Origin: an uncultured Candidatus Actinomarina sp.
GTDB lineage: Bacteria; Actinomycetota; Acidimicrobiia; Actinomarinales; Actinomarinaceae
Assembly: GCA_902535055.1 (NCBI GenBank)
Contig: CACASI010000002.1
Coordinates: 82,330 to 146,329 of the forward strand
Length of the DNA stretch: 64,000 bases
Reading direction: 5' to 3'
Within the stretch, counting starts at the first letter, position 1. Every line of letters begins with the position of its first letter. The notes beneath the pieces are model-generated. The model was given only the letters and a program-made list of their open reading frames with translations. It ran no database searches and was not told the DNA's origin. A program made the translations under genes and the position numbers. Shown here piece after piece: positions 56,192 to 64,000 of the stretch.

Positions 56192-57568
56192 TTATAAAGG
56201 CCTTAATTTTGCAGTGAAGTGTCTTAGCTGTTTTGGTTGCTCAATTATTTCATATCCTTTAAGTTTTTCTTTATTTTCAGCTAATTTTTCAAGAACCTCA
56301 GCAACATAATCAAAATGACTTTGTGTATAAGTTCTCCTAGGTGCAGCAAGCCTGACTAGTTCATGAGTAGAAGGTTCGTCTGGCTTTCCATCTTCACCAG
56401 CTACTCCAAAAGCAAGAGTCCCTAGTTCAACTGTTCTTACTCCACCAATAAGATATATCTCACATGCAACTGAATGCCCCGGGTACTCATGAGAGGGAAT
56501 ATGAGGTACAAATGTTTTTGCATCAATATACAAAGCATGTCCACCTGCTGGCTGGACTATAGGGATACCAAAACTTAGAGCCTTTTCTCCTAAGTATGAA
56601 ATAGATCTTGCTCTATATTCAAGATAGTTTTTATCTGTTATTTCTTTTAGGCCTTGAGCCAATGCATCGAGATCTCTACCTGCCAGTCCCCCATAAGTTG
56701 GAAATCCCTCAGTTAAAATCAGTAAGTTTCTTGCCTGTTCAGCTAAATCATCATCATTAAAGGCTAAAATTCCTCCAATGTTTCCAAAACCATCCTTTTT
56801 GAGACTGATTGTGCAGCCATCTGCAAGTCTAAATGCCTCTTTTGTAATATCTCTTATTTCAACATCTTTGTATTCATCTTCCCTTTGTGAAACAAACCAT
56901 GCATTTTCGGCAAAACGACAAGCGTCAAGTAAAAACATTTTATTATATTTACCACAAAGCTCTTTTACTTTTTTTAGATTTTCCATAGAAACTGGTTGTC
57001 CTCCACCTGTATTGTTTGTTATGGTCATAAGTACAAATGGAATTTTTTCATTTTTCTCTTTGAGTATTTTTTCAAGTTTATCAAGGTCTATATTCCCTTT
57101 AAATGGAGATGGCGATAATAAATCTAATCCCTCCTTGCAGAGCAGGTCTAGTGCTTCTGCTTTAACAAATTCAAAATTTGCTCTTGTTGTATCAAAATGA
57201 CTGTTGCTGGGAATAATATCTCCTTCTTTAACAGTTATCGTTGCTAAAATTTTCTCGCTTGCTCTTCCTTGATGAGTAGGAATTATATGCTTATAACCTG
57301 TAAGATCTGAGACTACATCATGAAATCTCTGCCAAGAATGGGAGCCAGCATATGACTCATCTCCACGCATGATCGCTGCCCATTGTTCAGAAGACATTGA
57401 ACCGGTTCCTGAATCAGTCAGTAAGTCTACAGTTACTTCCTGTGATTTGAGACCAAAAACATTCCAATGTTCACGTTTTAAATATCCTTCTCTTTCTTTA
57501 GGTGTCGTTATAGGCAGAGATTCAACAGATTTTATTTTAAATGGTTCAATTATTGTCTTGAACTTCAT
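56192..57568 (-). CDS. tryptophanase / tyrosine phenol-lyase family beta-eliminating lyase
   Basis: EPFKIKSVE, DLLTDSGTGSMS, PTHQGR, PLP-Lys block SLKKDGFGNIGG, QLRHFTA. I chose the start at MKFKT (57568) because the longer ORF runs into the divergent gene at 57611. Confidence 0.88.
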   Translation of the reverse strand: MKFKTIIEPFKIKSVESLPITTPKEREGYLKREHWNVFGLKSQEVTVDLLTDSGTGSMSSEQWAAIMRGDESYAGSHSWQRFHDVVSDLTGYKHIIPTHQGRASEKILATITVKEGDIIPSNSHFDTTRANFEFVKAEALDLLCKEGLDLLSPSPFKGNIDLDKLEKILKEKNEKIPFVLMTITNNTGGGQPVSMENLKKVKELCGKYNKMFLLDACRFAENAWFVSQREDEYKDVEIRDITKEAFRLADGCTISLKKDGFGNIGGILAFNDDDLAEQARNLLILTEGFPTYGGLAGRDLDALAQGLKEITDKNYLEYRARSISYLGEKALSFGIPIVQPAGGHALYIDAKTFVPHIPSHEYPGHSVACEIYLIGGVRTVELGTLAFGVAGEDGKPDEPSTHELVRLAAPRRTYTQSHFDYVAEVLEKLAENKEKLKGYEIIEQPKQLRHFTAKLRPL

Positions 57569-57610
57569 ACAGGGATTGTAACTGACTTTAATCACGATAT
57601 CATTATCTTT

Positions 57611-58102
57611 ATGGTTGAAATACATCAAAATATTGCAAATATTTATGAAGAAAACATTGATGAGCTTGAAGCTTTTGAGTGTGATGATCAATTTTCTGAT
57701 ACACAAAGTTTTTGTGATCATTATGGTTTTAAAATTGAAGATTCATGTAACGCAATACTATTAAAATCTAAAAAACCTGAAGAATTCTTTGCTTTATTTT
57801 GTGTACTGGGCTCCAACAGATTGGATGTAAATCACAAAGTAAAAAGTTTGTTAAATGCAAAAAAAATTAGTTTCGCATCTAAAGAAGAAGCTGAATCAAT
57901 AACGAATCAAATATATGGTGGAATAAGTCCCCTCGGACTACCAAGCGAAATCAATGTATTTATTGATAAGAATGTTATGGAAAGGGAGAAAGTCTTTATT
58001 GGTGGTGGAAATAGAGTTAGTAAGTTCTTTCTAAAGCCAGAGATACTAAAAAGCTTGACAAATGCAACAGTAGAAGACTTAACTCAATCCATCTCTACAT
58101 AA
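57611..58102 (+). CDS. YbaK/ProX-like aminoacyl-tRNA editing domain protein
   Basis: NAILLKSKK...FALFCVLGSNRLD...YGGISPLGL...VFIGGG pattern is typical of the YbaK/prolyl-tRNA synthetase-associated domain. Confidence 0.65.
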   Translation: MVEIHQNIANIYEENIDELEAFECDDQFSDTQSFCDHYGFKIEDSCNAILLKSKKPEEFFALFCVLGSNRLDVNHKVKSLLNAKKISFASKEEAESITNQIYGGISPLGLPSEINVFIDKNVMEREKVFIGGGNRVSKFFLKPEILKSLTNATVEDLTQSIST

Positions 58103-58516
58103 ACTTGCAGCCTGTGGTGAAAACGCTTTTCCATTTAAGCCTGGGAATCTGCCAGCCTGTAGATAATACTTAAGAAATGTTCTCACATTTTTAAAGTCTT
58201 CATTAGAAATTTCTTGAGGGGTTGTTAAGACATTTAATGGATTTGGTAAATTTCTTTCTAAAAATGATTGTTGATCACTGTCTAGTTTTTCAATATATTC
58301 AGAAAGGAGAGATATTGTAATCTCATAATCTTCAATAGTATTAGTACAGTTTTCATACTCGTTTACGGAAAGAGGGCTTACGTCTACTTCATAATCAGTC
58401 CTGTACTGAAAAATTAAGACAATTATTAAAAATAATAAAACTGTGTAGAAAAAGATTTTAATTGGGAAAAAAATAACTTTTCTAATAGGCCATAGTATTG
58501 CTTTAATTATCCTCAC
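58079..58516 (-). CDS. hypothetical membrane-anchored protein
   Basis: 145 aa with an N-terminal TM segment. It overlaps the convergent gene end by 24 nt. No family recognised. Confidence 0.45.
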   Translation of the reverse strand: MRIIKAILWPIRKVIFFPIKIFFYTVLLFLIIVLIFQYRTDYEVDVSPLSVNEYENCTNTIEDYEITISLLSEYIEKLDSDQQSFLERNLPNPLNVLTTPQEISNEDFKNVRTFLKYYLQAGRFPGLNGKAFSPQAASLCRDGLS

Positions 58517-58520
58517 AAAT

Positions 58521-59321
58521 TTATTGTAATGTAATCACAAGACACTGACAGGCTCCTCCAGATTTCATAAATTCTGAAACATTTGAAATTTCAATATTAC
58601 AACCTAATTGTGCAACAGTCTCGATAATTTCAATGTTTTCAGAGGGAAATATAACTGATTCATTAATTACTACAGCATTGCATGCAAGTTGATTCGCATC
58701 ATCCTCATGGATTGGAATCAAATTAAATAAATCGGAAAATTCAGAAAGAGATTGATCTTCAAATGCAGGAGGGTAAAAAATAGCATCATTGTTTTTTGTA
58801 GGAAGCTGTTGGAAGCAGGTATCAAGGTGATAGAATTTTTCATTAACTAACTTTGTAATTTTTGGAATCAATTGAAAATGATCAGCTATGAACAAAAGCG
58901 CTTCTTTATCACTTCTAATTCCATATGAGCCTATTAAGTATTCCCCATAAACAAAAGCATCGCCGCGTCCTTCAAATTTATGTTCAGATGGAATTCGAGT
59001 AACATCATACCCGTTCTTGCGAAACCAATTCTCATAGATAACTTCCTCGCCCTGTCTTTCTTGATATTTAAAATTAGATATAAGAACAGATTTATCTTTT
59101 ATTATTCCAGAATTAGCGGTGAATACGAGATCTGGATAAACCGTATTCCCAGGAATTACATTTACTTCAGCACCACATTTTTCTATAGTAGATTTGAGTC
59201 CTCCCCATTGATCTTTCGCTAACTCTAAATTGATCTCTACACCCTCAATCATCCAAGGATTAATTGAATATTCAACTCGAAAATATTCTGGAGAACTCAT
59301 TAAAACGGAAGTGTTTTGCAT
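58521..59321 (-). CDS. guanidino-group modifying enzyme superfamily protein (amidinotransferase/DDAH-like)
   Basis: SPEYFRVEYSINPWM N-terminus and the C-terminal GGACQC (putative catalytic Cys) are typical of this fold. Confidence 0.6.
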   Translation of the reverse strand: MQNTSVLMSSPEYFRVEYSINPWMIEGVEINLELAKDQWGGLKSTIEKCGAEVNVIPGNTVYPDLVFTANSGIIKDKSVLISNFKYQERQGEEVIYENWFRKNGYDVTRIPSEHKFEGRGDAFVYGEYLIGSYGIRSDKEALLFIADHFQLIPKITKLVNEKFYHLDTCFQQLPTKNNDAIFYPPAFEDQSLSEFSDLFNLIPIHEDDANQLACNAVVINESVIFPSENIEIIETVAQLGCNIEISNVSEFMKSGGACQCLVITLQ

Positions 59322-59339
59322 GTTTATATTTTACATTTT

Positions 59340-59356
59340 TATACATTAAATGTATA
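59340..59356. promoter_or_regulatory. perfect 8+1+8 palindrome TATACATT-A-AATGTATA in a 44-nt divergent intergenic region
   Basis: Checked base by base. It lies between the DDAH-like gene start (59321) and the GNAT gene start (59366). Confidence 0.35.
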
Positions 59357-59365
59357 TTTTCATAC

Positions 59366-59881
59366 ATGGATAACATCATATTTTCAAAAATTGATGAAAC
59401 AAATATTGAAGGCTGTTTTAATTTAAATCAAGACAATGTTCCAGAAGTAGGATCAACATCTATTGAAGAATTCAATAATTTGGTTCAAAATTCAGATTTC
59501 AATCTATGTGCTACTTTCGATGAAAGGATAGTAGGTTTTTTAATCTGTTTCCAAGATACTTCTAAAACAAAATCTTTCATGTACAAAATAAAACATAAGA
59601 ATTTTAATGAATTCAAAAATAGAATAAACAATTTTATGTACATTGATAGGATTGCAATTGCTGTTGATTACAGAAATAATGGGCTTGCAACAATATTCTA
59701 TGAGCATTTGTTAGAACACTGTCTAGAAATAGATGTTGAAAATCTTACCGCAGAAATCAATTTACTACCAACTGAAAATGAACCATCTCTAAAATTTCAT
59801 GAAAAATTACAATTTATTCAAATTGATACAAAAAAATACAATGATGAATATGAGGTTTCCTTACAAAAGAGGATTCTTTAA
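59366..59881 (+). CDS. GNAT-family N-acetyltransferase
   Basis: IDRIAIAVDYRNNGLATIFYEHL is GNAT motif A. I chose the start at MDNIIF because the longer ORF overlaps the divergent gene. Confidence 0.7.
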   Translation: MDNIIFSKIDETNIEGCFNLNQDNVPEVGSTSIEEFNNLVQNSDFNLCATFDERIVGFLICFQDTSKTKSFMYKIKHKNFNEFKNRINNFMYIDRIAIAVDYRNNGLATIFYEHLLEHCLEIDVENLTAEINLLPTENEPSLKFHEKLQFIQIDTKKYNDEYEVSLQKRIL

Positions 59882-59901
59882 GTAGTAAGATATTTATATT
59901 A

Positions 59902-60183
59902 ATGAAGTTTAACTTACCAAGAAGACAGCGAAAAAGCTTTGAGTCAGTATCTGGAAAATCTTTAGATAGCAATTTAAATAAAAAAGAAGCTTTAGAAATT
60001 TTTGAAAATGTAAAAAAAAGTTATTCCTCAGCTCCAAATTCTTTTGGTTCTAAAACAGGAAAAAAAGAAGAGGTCTTAGAAATGCTTCTAATAATTAGTG
60101 ATCAAATCGCTTCAGAATATAAAGACTGTGAAGTTGCTTTAAAACAAGGTGTTCCAGAAATAACAAAGGTCAAAGAGAAATGA
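59902..60183 (+). CDS. hypothetical protein (93 aa, Lys/Ser-rich)
   Basis: Intact ORF whose stop overlaps the nucleoside hydrolase start (ATGA). No family recognised. Confidence 0.4.
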   Translation: MKFNLPRRQRKSFESVSGKSLDSNLNKKEALEIFENVKKSYSSAPNSFGSKTGKKEEVLEMLLIISDQIASEYKDCEVALKQGVPEITKVKEK

Positions 60184-61166
60184 TGAAACTAATAATTGAT
60201 GCAGATACTGGCTCAGATGATGCAGTTGCACTATTAATGGCATATCGTAATTTGCCTTCAGATCAAATACTAGGGGTGACTGTTGTTGCAGGAAATGTTC
60301 CACTTGATCAGGGTCTAATCAATACAAGTTATGTAAATGAATTATGTGAGGTTGATGTTCCAATATTTAAGGGTGCAGATAAACCAATGAAGAGAAACTA
60401 TAAAGAGGTTTATAATTCTGAAGAATCTACAGCTATTGCCCTTAGTTATGGAAATGATTCTACATCGGCCCAAAACGTTCATGGAATAGATGGATTAGGT
60501 GACATAGGCATAAAGCCTAAAAGTCATAAAATCGAAGCTGAATCCGCTCAAGATTTTTATAAGAAAGTACTTGGGGAGGAAGATGAAATTGAAATTGTAA
60601 CACTTGGCCCATTGACAAATATTGCTGGCTTAGTAAAAAACAATGAAGAAAAATTGGAGAAAATAAAGCACTGCTACATAATGGGTGGAAGCTCAAATGC
60701 CTTAGGAAATATTACAAAGTTTGCTGAATACAACTTTTGGGTTGATCCCGAAGCAGCAGATATTGTTTTAAATTCAGGAATTCCTATAACTGTGATTGGC
60801 TGGGACCCTTCGCTTTATGATGCAATGATTGATACAGAAAAAATCCAAGAAATAGATGCTATCGGTACAAAGTTCTCAAAATTTACCAACGATATTCAAG
60901 TTGTTTTAAGAGAAATGATGAAAGACATATTTGGAAGCGATAGTTATGATTTACCAGACCCCCTTGCAATGTCTGTTTACTTAGATAATGAAATCATAAG
61001 TCAATCCGTTGAAGTTAATGTAAGAGTTGATACTAGAGATGGAATGACTAGAGGAGGCTGTATTCTTGATTTTCTGAATTTGGAACCTGAGGCCCCAAAA
61101 ATAAGAGTCGTACAAAGATGTCATGGAGATAAGTTTTATAGTCTATTAAAAAATAGTCTTGCTTAA
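60180..61166 (+). CDS. nucleoside hydrolase (IUNH family)
   Basis: The N-terminal IIDADTGSDDAVAL matches the DxDxxxDD Ca-binding signature. Confidence 0.88.
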   Translation: MMKLIIDADTGSDDAVALLMAYRNLPSDQILGVTVVAGNVPLDQGLINTSYVNELCEVDVPIFKGADKPMKRNYKEVYNSEESTAIALSYGNDSTSAQNVHGIDGLGDIGIKPKSHKIEAESAQDFYKKVLGEEDEIEIVTLGPLTNIAGLVKNNEEKLEKIKHCYIMGGSSNALGNITKFAEYNFWVDPEAADIVLNSGIPITVIGWDPSLYDAMIDTEKIQEIDAIGTKFSKFTNDIQVVLREMMKDIFGSDSYDLPDPLAMSVYLDNEIISQSVEVNVRVDTRDGMTRGGCILDFLNLEPEAPKIRVVQRCHGDKFYSLLKNSLA

Positions 61167-61771
61167 TGGTTGCAAGTGACTCAGTAATTGAATTAATTAT
61201 TCTACAAGTTAGTGTTGCATTCAGTCCTGGATTAATAATTGCCTTAATTGTTAATGAATCAGTTCAAAAAAGTAGAAAGAATGGACTTGAGGTGGCTACA
61301 GGAGCAGCAGCAGGAGCAATTTTCATAACAATAATTACAGCGGGCATCGTTACCTTTATCTTTAATTTAATCCCACAAATTTTAACAATGATCTACATTG
61401 TTGGAATTATCTACATTGTGTACAAAGGAATTGTCACTATAAAAGCTGAAATAAAAATAAATGATACAAATATTAATGCAGGATCCTTTAACTCAGGAAT
61501 GCAACTTAACTTAATAAACCCTAAAATGTGGGTATTTTATCTTTCTGTCTTGCCGATATTCGTTACTGAAAATGAGAATGTTTTTACGCAACTTATTATT
61601 CTTGGAGCTATAACGATATTTGTTAATCTAATTGCCGACATTAGTTATGCATATATGAGTAGTTATTTTTTTCAGGATTCTTCAGTAAAAACAAAAAAAG
61701 TAATCAATGCAGTAAGCGGTTTTTGTTTAATTCTGATTGGTATTTATTTATTTTTTAGTAGATTTCTTTGA
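61166..61771 (+). CDS. LysE/RhtB-family amino acid exporter
   Basis: 201 aa, 5-6 TM, with an N-terminal FSPGL motif region like the LysE family. Confidence 0.55.
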   Translation: MVASDSVIELIILQVSVAFSPGLIIALIVNESVQKSRKNGLEVATGAAAGAIFITIITAGIVTFIFNLIPQILTMIYIVGIIYIVYKGIVTIKAEIKINDTNINAGSFNSGMQLNLINPKMWVFYLSVLPIFVTENENVFTQLIILGAITIFVNLIADISYAYMSSYFFQDSSVKTKKVINAVSGFCLILIGIYLFFSRFL

Positions 61772-62692
61772 TTCCTTTGAATCATCATCTTTAAATAATT
61801 CAGCAACTGCACCAATACTTCCAAGAGTTGCAGAAAGATCAGCAGGTAAGAAAATTTTAGTAGCTTTACCGTTTGCAACTTTTTCAAGAGATTCAAGATA
61901 TTTAATTGCAATCAAGTCATTTGTTGGGTCGCCCTTGTGAATAGCATCAAAAACTTTTTGTATAGCTTCTGATTCACCATCAGCAATGGCAATTTTTTCA
62001 TATTTTTGAGCATCAGCTACTGCTTTTAGTGCTTCTGCTTCACCCTCAGCACTTAAAATTTGGGACTGTCTTTCGCCTTCTGCAGTCAAGATAGCTGCTC
62101 TCTTTTCTCCCTCAGCTTCAGTAACAGCTGCTCTTCGATCTCTTTCAGCTTTCATGACTTTATTCATTGCATCCTGAACGTCTTGTGGTGGATCAATTCT
62201 TTGAATCTCAACACGAACAACTCTAGTACCCCATTTATCAGTTGCTTCATCAAGAATGATTTTTAAAGATGTATTAATTGTTTCTCGAGAGGTAAGTGCT
62301 GCATCGAGCTCTAGATCACCAATAACATTTCTCAGATTAGTTTGTGCAAGTTTTGTTGCAGCAGTTATAAAGTCACCTACGTTATAAACTAATTTTTTTG
62401 GATCAGTTGGCTCATAGTAAATGACTGCATCAACTGTAATTGTAACGTTGTCTTTAGTGATTACTTCTTGTGGTGGAACATCTATAACTTGCTCACGCAT
62501 ATCTACAACAATTAATCTTTCTATACCAGGAATTACTATATTTAAGCCTGAAGTTGCCTCACGATTATATTTACCAAATCTTTCAATTAAGCCTTTTTCA
62601 AATGGCCTTAAAATTCTAAATATTCTAAAAGCTACAAATAATACAAGACCAACTAGTATGACGCTTCTTACGATTGAAAATATAAATTCCAT
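61748..62692 (-). CDS. SPFH/band-7 (stomatin-like) protein
   Basis: N-terminal TM segment, then [31 protein letters not shown], followed by an Ala/Glu-rich coiled coil. Confidence 0.88.
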   Translation of the reverse strand: MEFIFSIVRSVILVGLVLFVAFRIFRILRPFEKGLIERFGKYNREATSGLNIVIPGIERLIVVDMREQVIDVPPQEVITKDNVTITVDAVIYYEPTDPKKLVYNVGDFITAATKLAQTNLRNVIGDLELDAALTSRETINTSLKIILDEATDKWGTRVVRVEIQRIDPPQDVQDAMNKVMKAERDRRAAVTEAEGEKRAAILTAEGERQSQILSAEGEAEALKAVADAQKYEKIAIADGESEAIQKVFDAIHKGDPTNDLIAIKYLESLEKVANGKATKIFLPADLSATLGSIGAVAELFKDDDSKESKKSTKK

Positions 62693-62732
62693 AATATTAG
62701 TTTATTATTGATAAAGTTATACGTTGATTTGT

Positions 62733-63101
62733 TTAACTATTTGTTTCTTCTGACTCTTTTTCTTCTTGTTCATACCTACTCAAAGCAAGCATAAACATGA
62801 TGAATAGAATCAATGAACCTGCAAAATACGTAAGAGGTATGATTCTGATCTCAAGAGCATTTAAACCATCGATTGATGCAGGAGCAGGGCCTCTTGGTGC
62901 ATAAAGAAGAAAAAGGAAAGAATTGATTACTAGCCAACCAAAAGTAGCAGCACCAACAACTAAAAATCCTAGCCTTCTACCAAGATTTGTTGCATTCAAA
63001 ACAAAGGTTGAACCAAAAAATGAAAGTACGAAAAATATAAATAAAACTATTCCTGTAAATGTAAGGTTAGATGATAAAAGTGTCCTCATTATCTCACGCA
63101 T
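62733..63101 (-). CDS. hypothetical membrane protein coupled to the upstream cytochrome c gene
   Basis: 122 aa, 3 TM, with an 8-nt overlap with the cytochrome c gene end. Confidence 0.5.
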   Translation of the reverse strand: MREIMRTLLSSNLTFTGIVLFIFFVLSFFGSTFVLNATNLGRRLGFLVVGAATFGWLVINSFLFLLYAPRGPAPASIDGLNALEIRIIPLTYFAGSLILFIMFMLALSRYEQEEKESEETNS

Positions 63102-63999
63102 CAGGTGTCATTCCTCTCAAATAATCTATTACTAATTCTATATCGGACTGTGGAAGCACTGCACCAAAACCAGGCATTTTTCCACCACCAACTCCATTCA
63201 CTCCGTACCCTTTACCGTTTACGGAACCATTGACAATAAAGTCAATAAAATCATCACGTTCTTTAAATTGAATGTTTACTCTTCCACCCCTTAAAGCAGG
63301 TCCCAAGCCACCGGACCCAATTTGTTTGGTGTAAGCTGCACCAGCAGAATAACCTGCAGTATGACATCTTGCACAATACGCGTTAAATATACCTACGGCT
63401 CTAGTTGCTTTATCGTAGTCTCCGTCAAAAGTCGAATCTGCAATATCTTGGAAATCGATAAGCCATAGCTTTAGTTCGTATGCATTTTCTAAAAATGCTA
63501 AACCTACTTCAGCTTCATCCATAAACTTGTCATATCCATCGGTAAGTATTCCAAGATTAATAACTTTTGTTTCGAGTTCAGACAAGAAACCTCTAACTAT
63601 AGAAGCATCTTTCCTGCCAGGAATAGATTCTTCCTCGTCTGGATTAAGATTTAATACTGGCGTTCCTAACATTTCAGTTATAGTTTCACTATATGCTGAG
63701 ATGTCGGTTTCAACACTGTCATACAATCCATCTTCATCAGTATCAATACCGCTTTGTCTGGAAATCAATGCTGAGACTATCTCAACTGCTTCAATTGCGA
63801 TTGGTAATCTAATTGGTGCCATTTCTATATCATTTATTAATTCATTTTGTTTGGCTATTTCACTTTCAACTTGTAAATCAGAGTTTTCTATTCTTAATAA
63901 AGATGAATTTATATTTCCTTCAATTTCAAGCAATTCTTCATTTTGAGGAATCTGAAAGGAGTGTAAATACTCAATCAAGTCACTTAATTGGCCGTCGTT
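63094..63999 (-). CDS. c-type cytochrome, 5'-partial (continues beyond the window)
   Basis: CARCH heme-binding motif and a distal GGGKMPGF Met ligand region in the last ~100 aa. The frame stays open upstream of the listed TTG to the window edge. Confidence 0.7.
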   Translation of the reverse strand, partial: NDGQLSDLIEYLHSFQIPQNEELLEIEGNINSSLLRIENSDLQVESEIAKQNELINDIEMAPIRLPIAIEAVEIVSALISRQSGIDTDEDGLYDSVETDISAYSETITEMLGTPVLNLNPDEEESIPGRKDASIVRGFLSELETKVINLGILTDGYDKFMDEAEVGLAFLENAYELKLWLIDFQDIADSTFDGDYDKATRAVGIFNAYCARCHTAGYSAGAAYTKQIGSGGLGPALRGGRVNIQFKERDDFIDFIVNGSVNGKGYGVNGVGGGKMPGFGAVLPQSDIELVIDYLRGMTPDA

Positions 64000-64000
64000 C

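Noticed and set aside
57569-57721. An N-terminal extension of 51 aa on the tryptophanase-family ORF.
   Set aside because: Homology starts at MKFKTIIEPFKIK (ATG at 57568). The extension is Ile/Asn/Phe-rich junk that overlaps the start of the divergent gene at 57611.
59264-59365. An N-terminal extension of the GNAT ORF that overlaps the start of the DDAH-like gene.
   Set aside because: The extension has low-complexity hydrophobic composition and overlaps the divergent CDS. The internal ATG at 59366 gives a normal-length GNAT.
1-64000. A window-wide look for CRISPR arrays, rRNA genes, IS elements or transposases, prophage genes, toxin-antitoxin pairs and known defence-system hallmarks.
   Set aside because: I saw no regularly spaced direct repeats. 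None of the ORFs shows transposase, integrase, Cas, phage structural or typical defence signatures (STAND, TIR, Sir2 and the like). The only candidate defence-like element is the MTase pair at 6205-7478.

Overview
This 64 kb window is AT-rich and very gene-dense. Roughly a third of bases are G+C by eye, intergenic gaps are often 0-70 nt, and many genes have overlapping start and stop codons. I call about 66 CDS and 2 tRNAs (Leu-UAA, Arg-CCU). I found no rRNA, CRISPR array, transposase, integrase or prophage genes.

Gene order matches the conserved actinobacterial core: rplY-pth ... mazG-eno-ftsB-like-DUF501-ppx, as in Mycobacterium Rv1014c-Rv1026. Combined with the low GC and a short xanthorhodopsin/actinorhodopsin-like proton pump, this suggests a streamlined marine actinobacterium such as the Actinomarinales. 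That assignment is inference.

Main blocks:
- suf Fe-S assembly operon, translationally coupled to fumC and rpiB
- a beta-class DNA methyltransferase paired with an unknown small ORF
- a heterodimeric ABC exporter
- a PNPOx-MenA fusion with MenG, convergent with a BdbC/DsbB plus CPHC-thioredoxin pair
- a rhodopsin and a class II CPD photolyase in tandem
- a sugar ABC operon with two substrate-binding protein (SBP) paralogs
- a biotin module (birA, carboxyltransferase, bioY, BC-BCCP) followed by a type II FAS cluster
- ppdK next to an archaeal-type GAPDH-like gene
- pntAA-pntAB-pntB
- glycerate kinase, an exported GH57 enzyme, and a tryptophanase/TPL-family lyase
- a band-7 protein and a partial cytochrome c

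I see no clear-cut novel system. The most checkable unusual items are:
- the rhodopsin locus: DTE pump, Met at the tuning site, small residues at the xanthorhodopsin Gly156 antenna position, a palindrome in its leader, and an adjacent class II photolyase
- an edge-truncated ORF resembling the aGPT-Pplase DNA-hypermodification family
- a possible minimal R-M pair
- the PNPOx-MenA fusion next to a DsbB-type oxidative folding pair, in a phylum expected to use VKOR
- the archaeal type II GAPDH homolog

All family calls come from motif recognition by eye. No searches were run.
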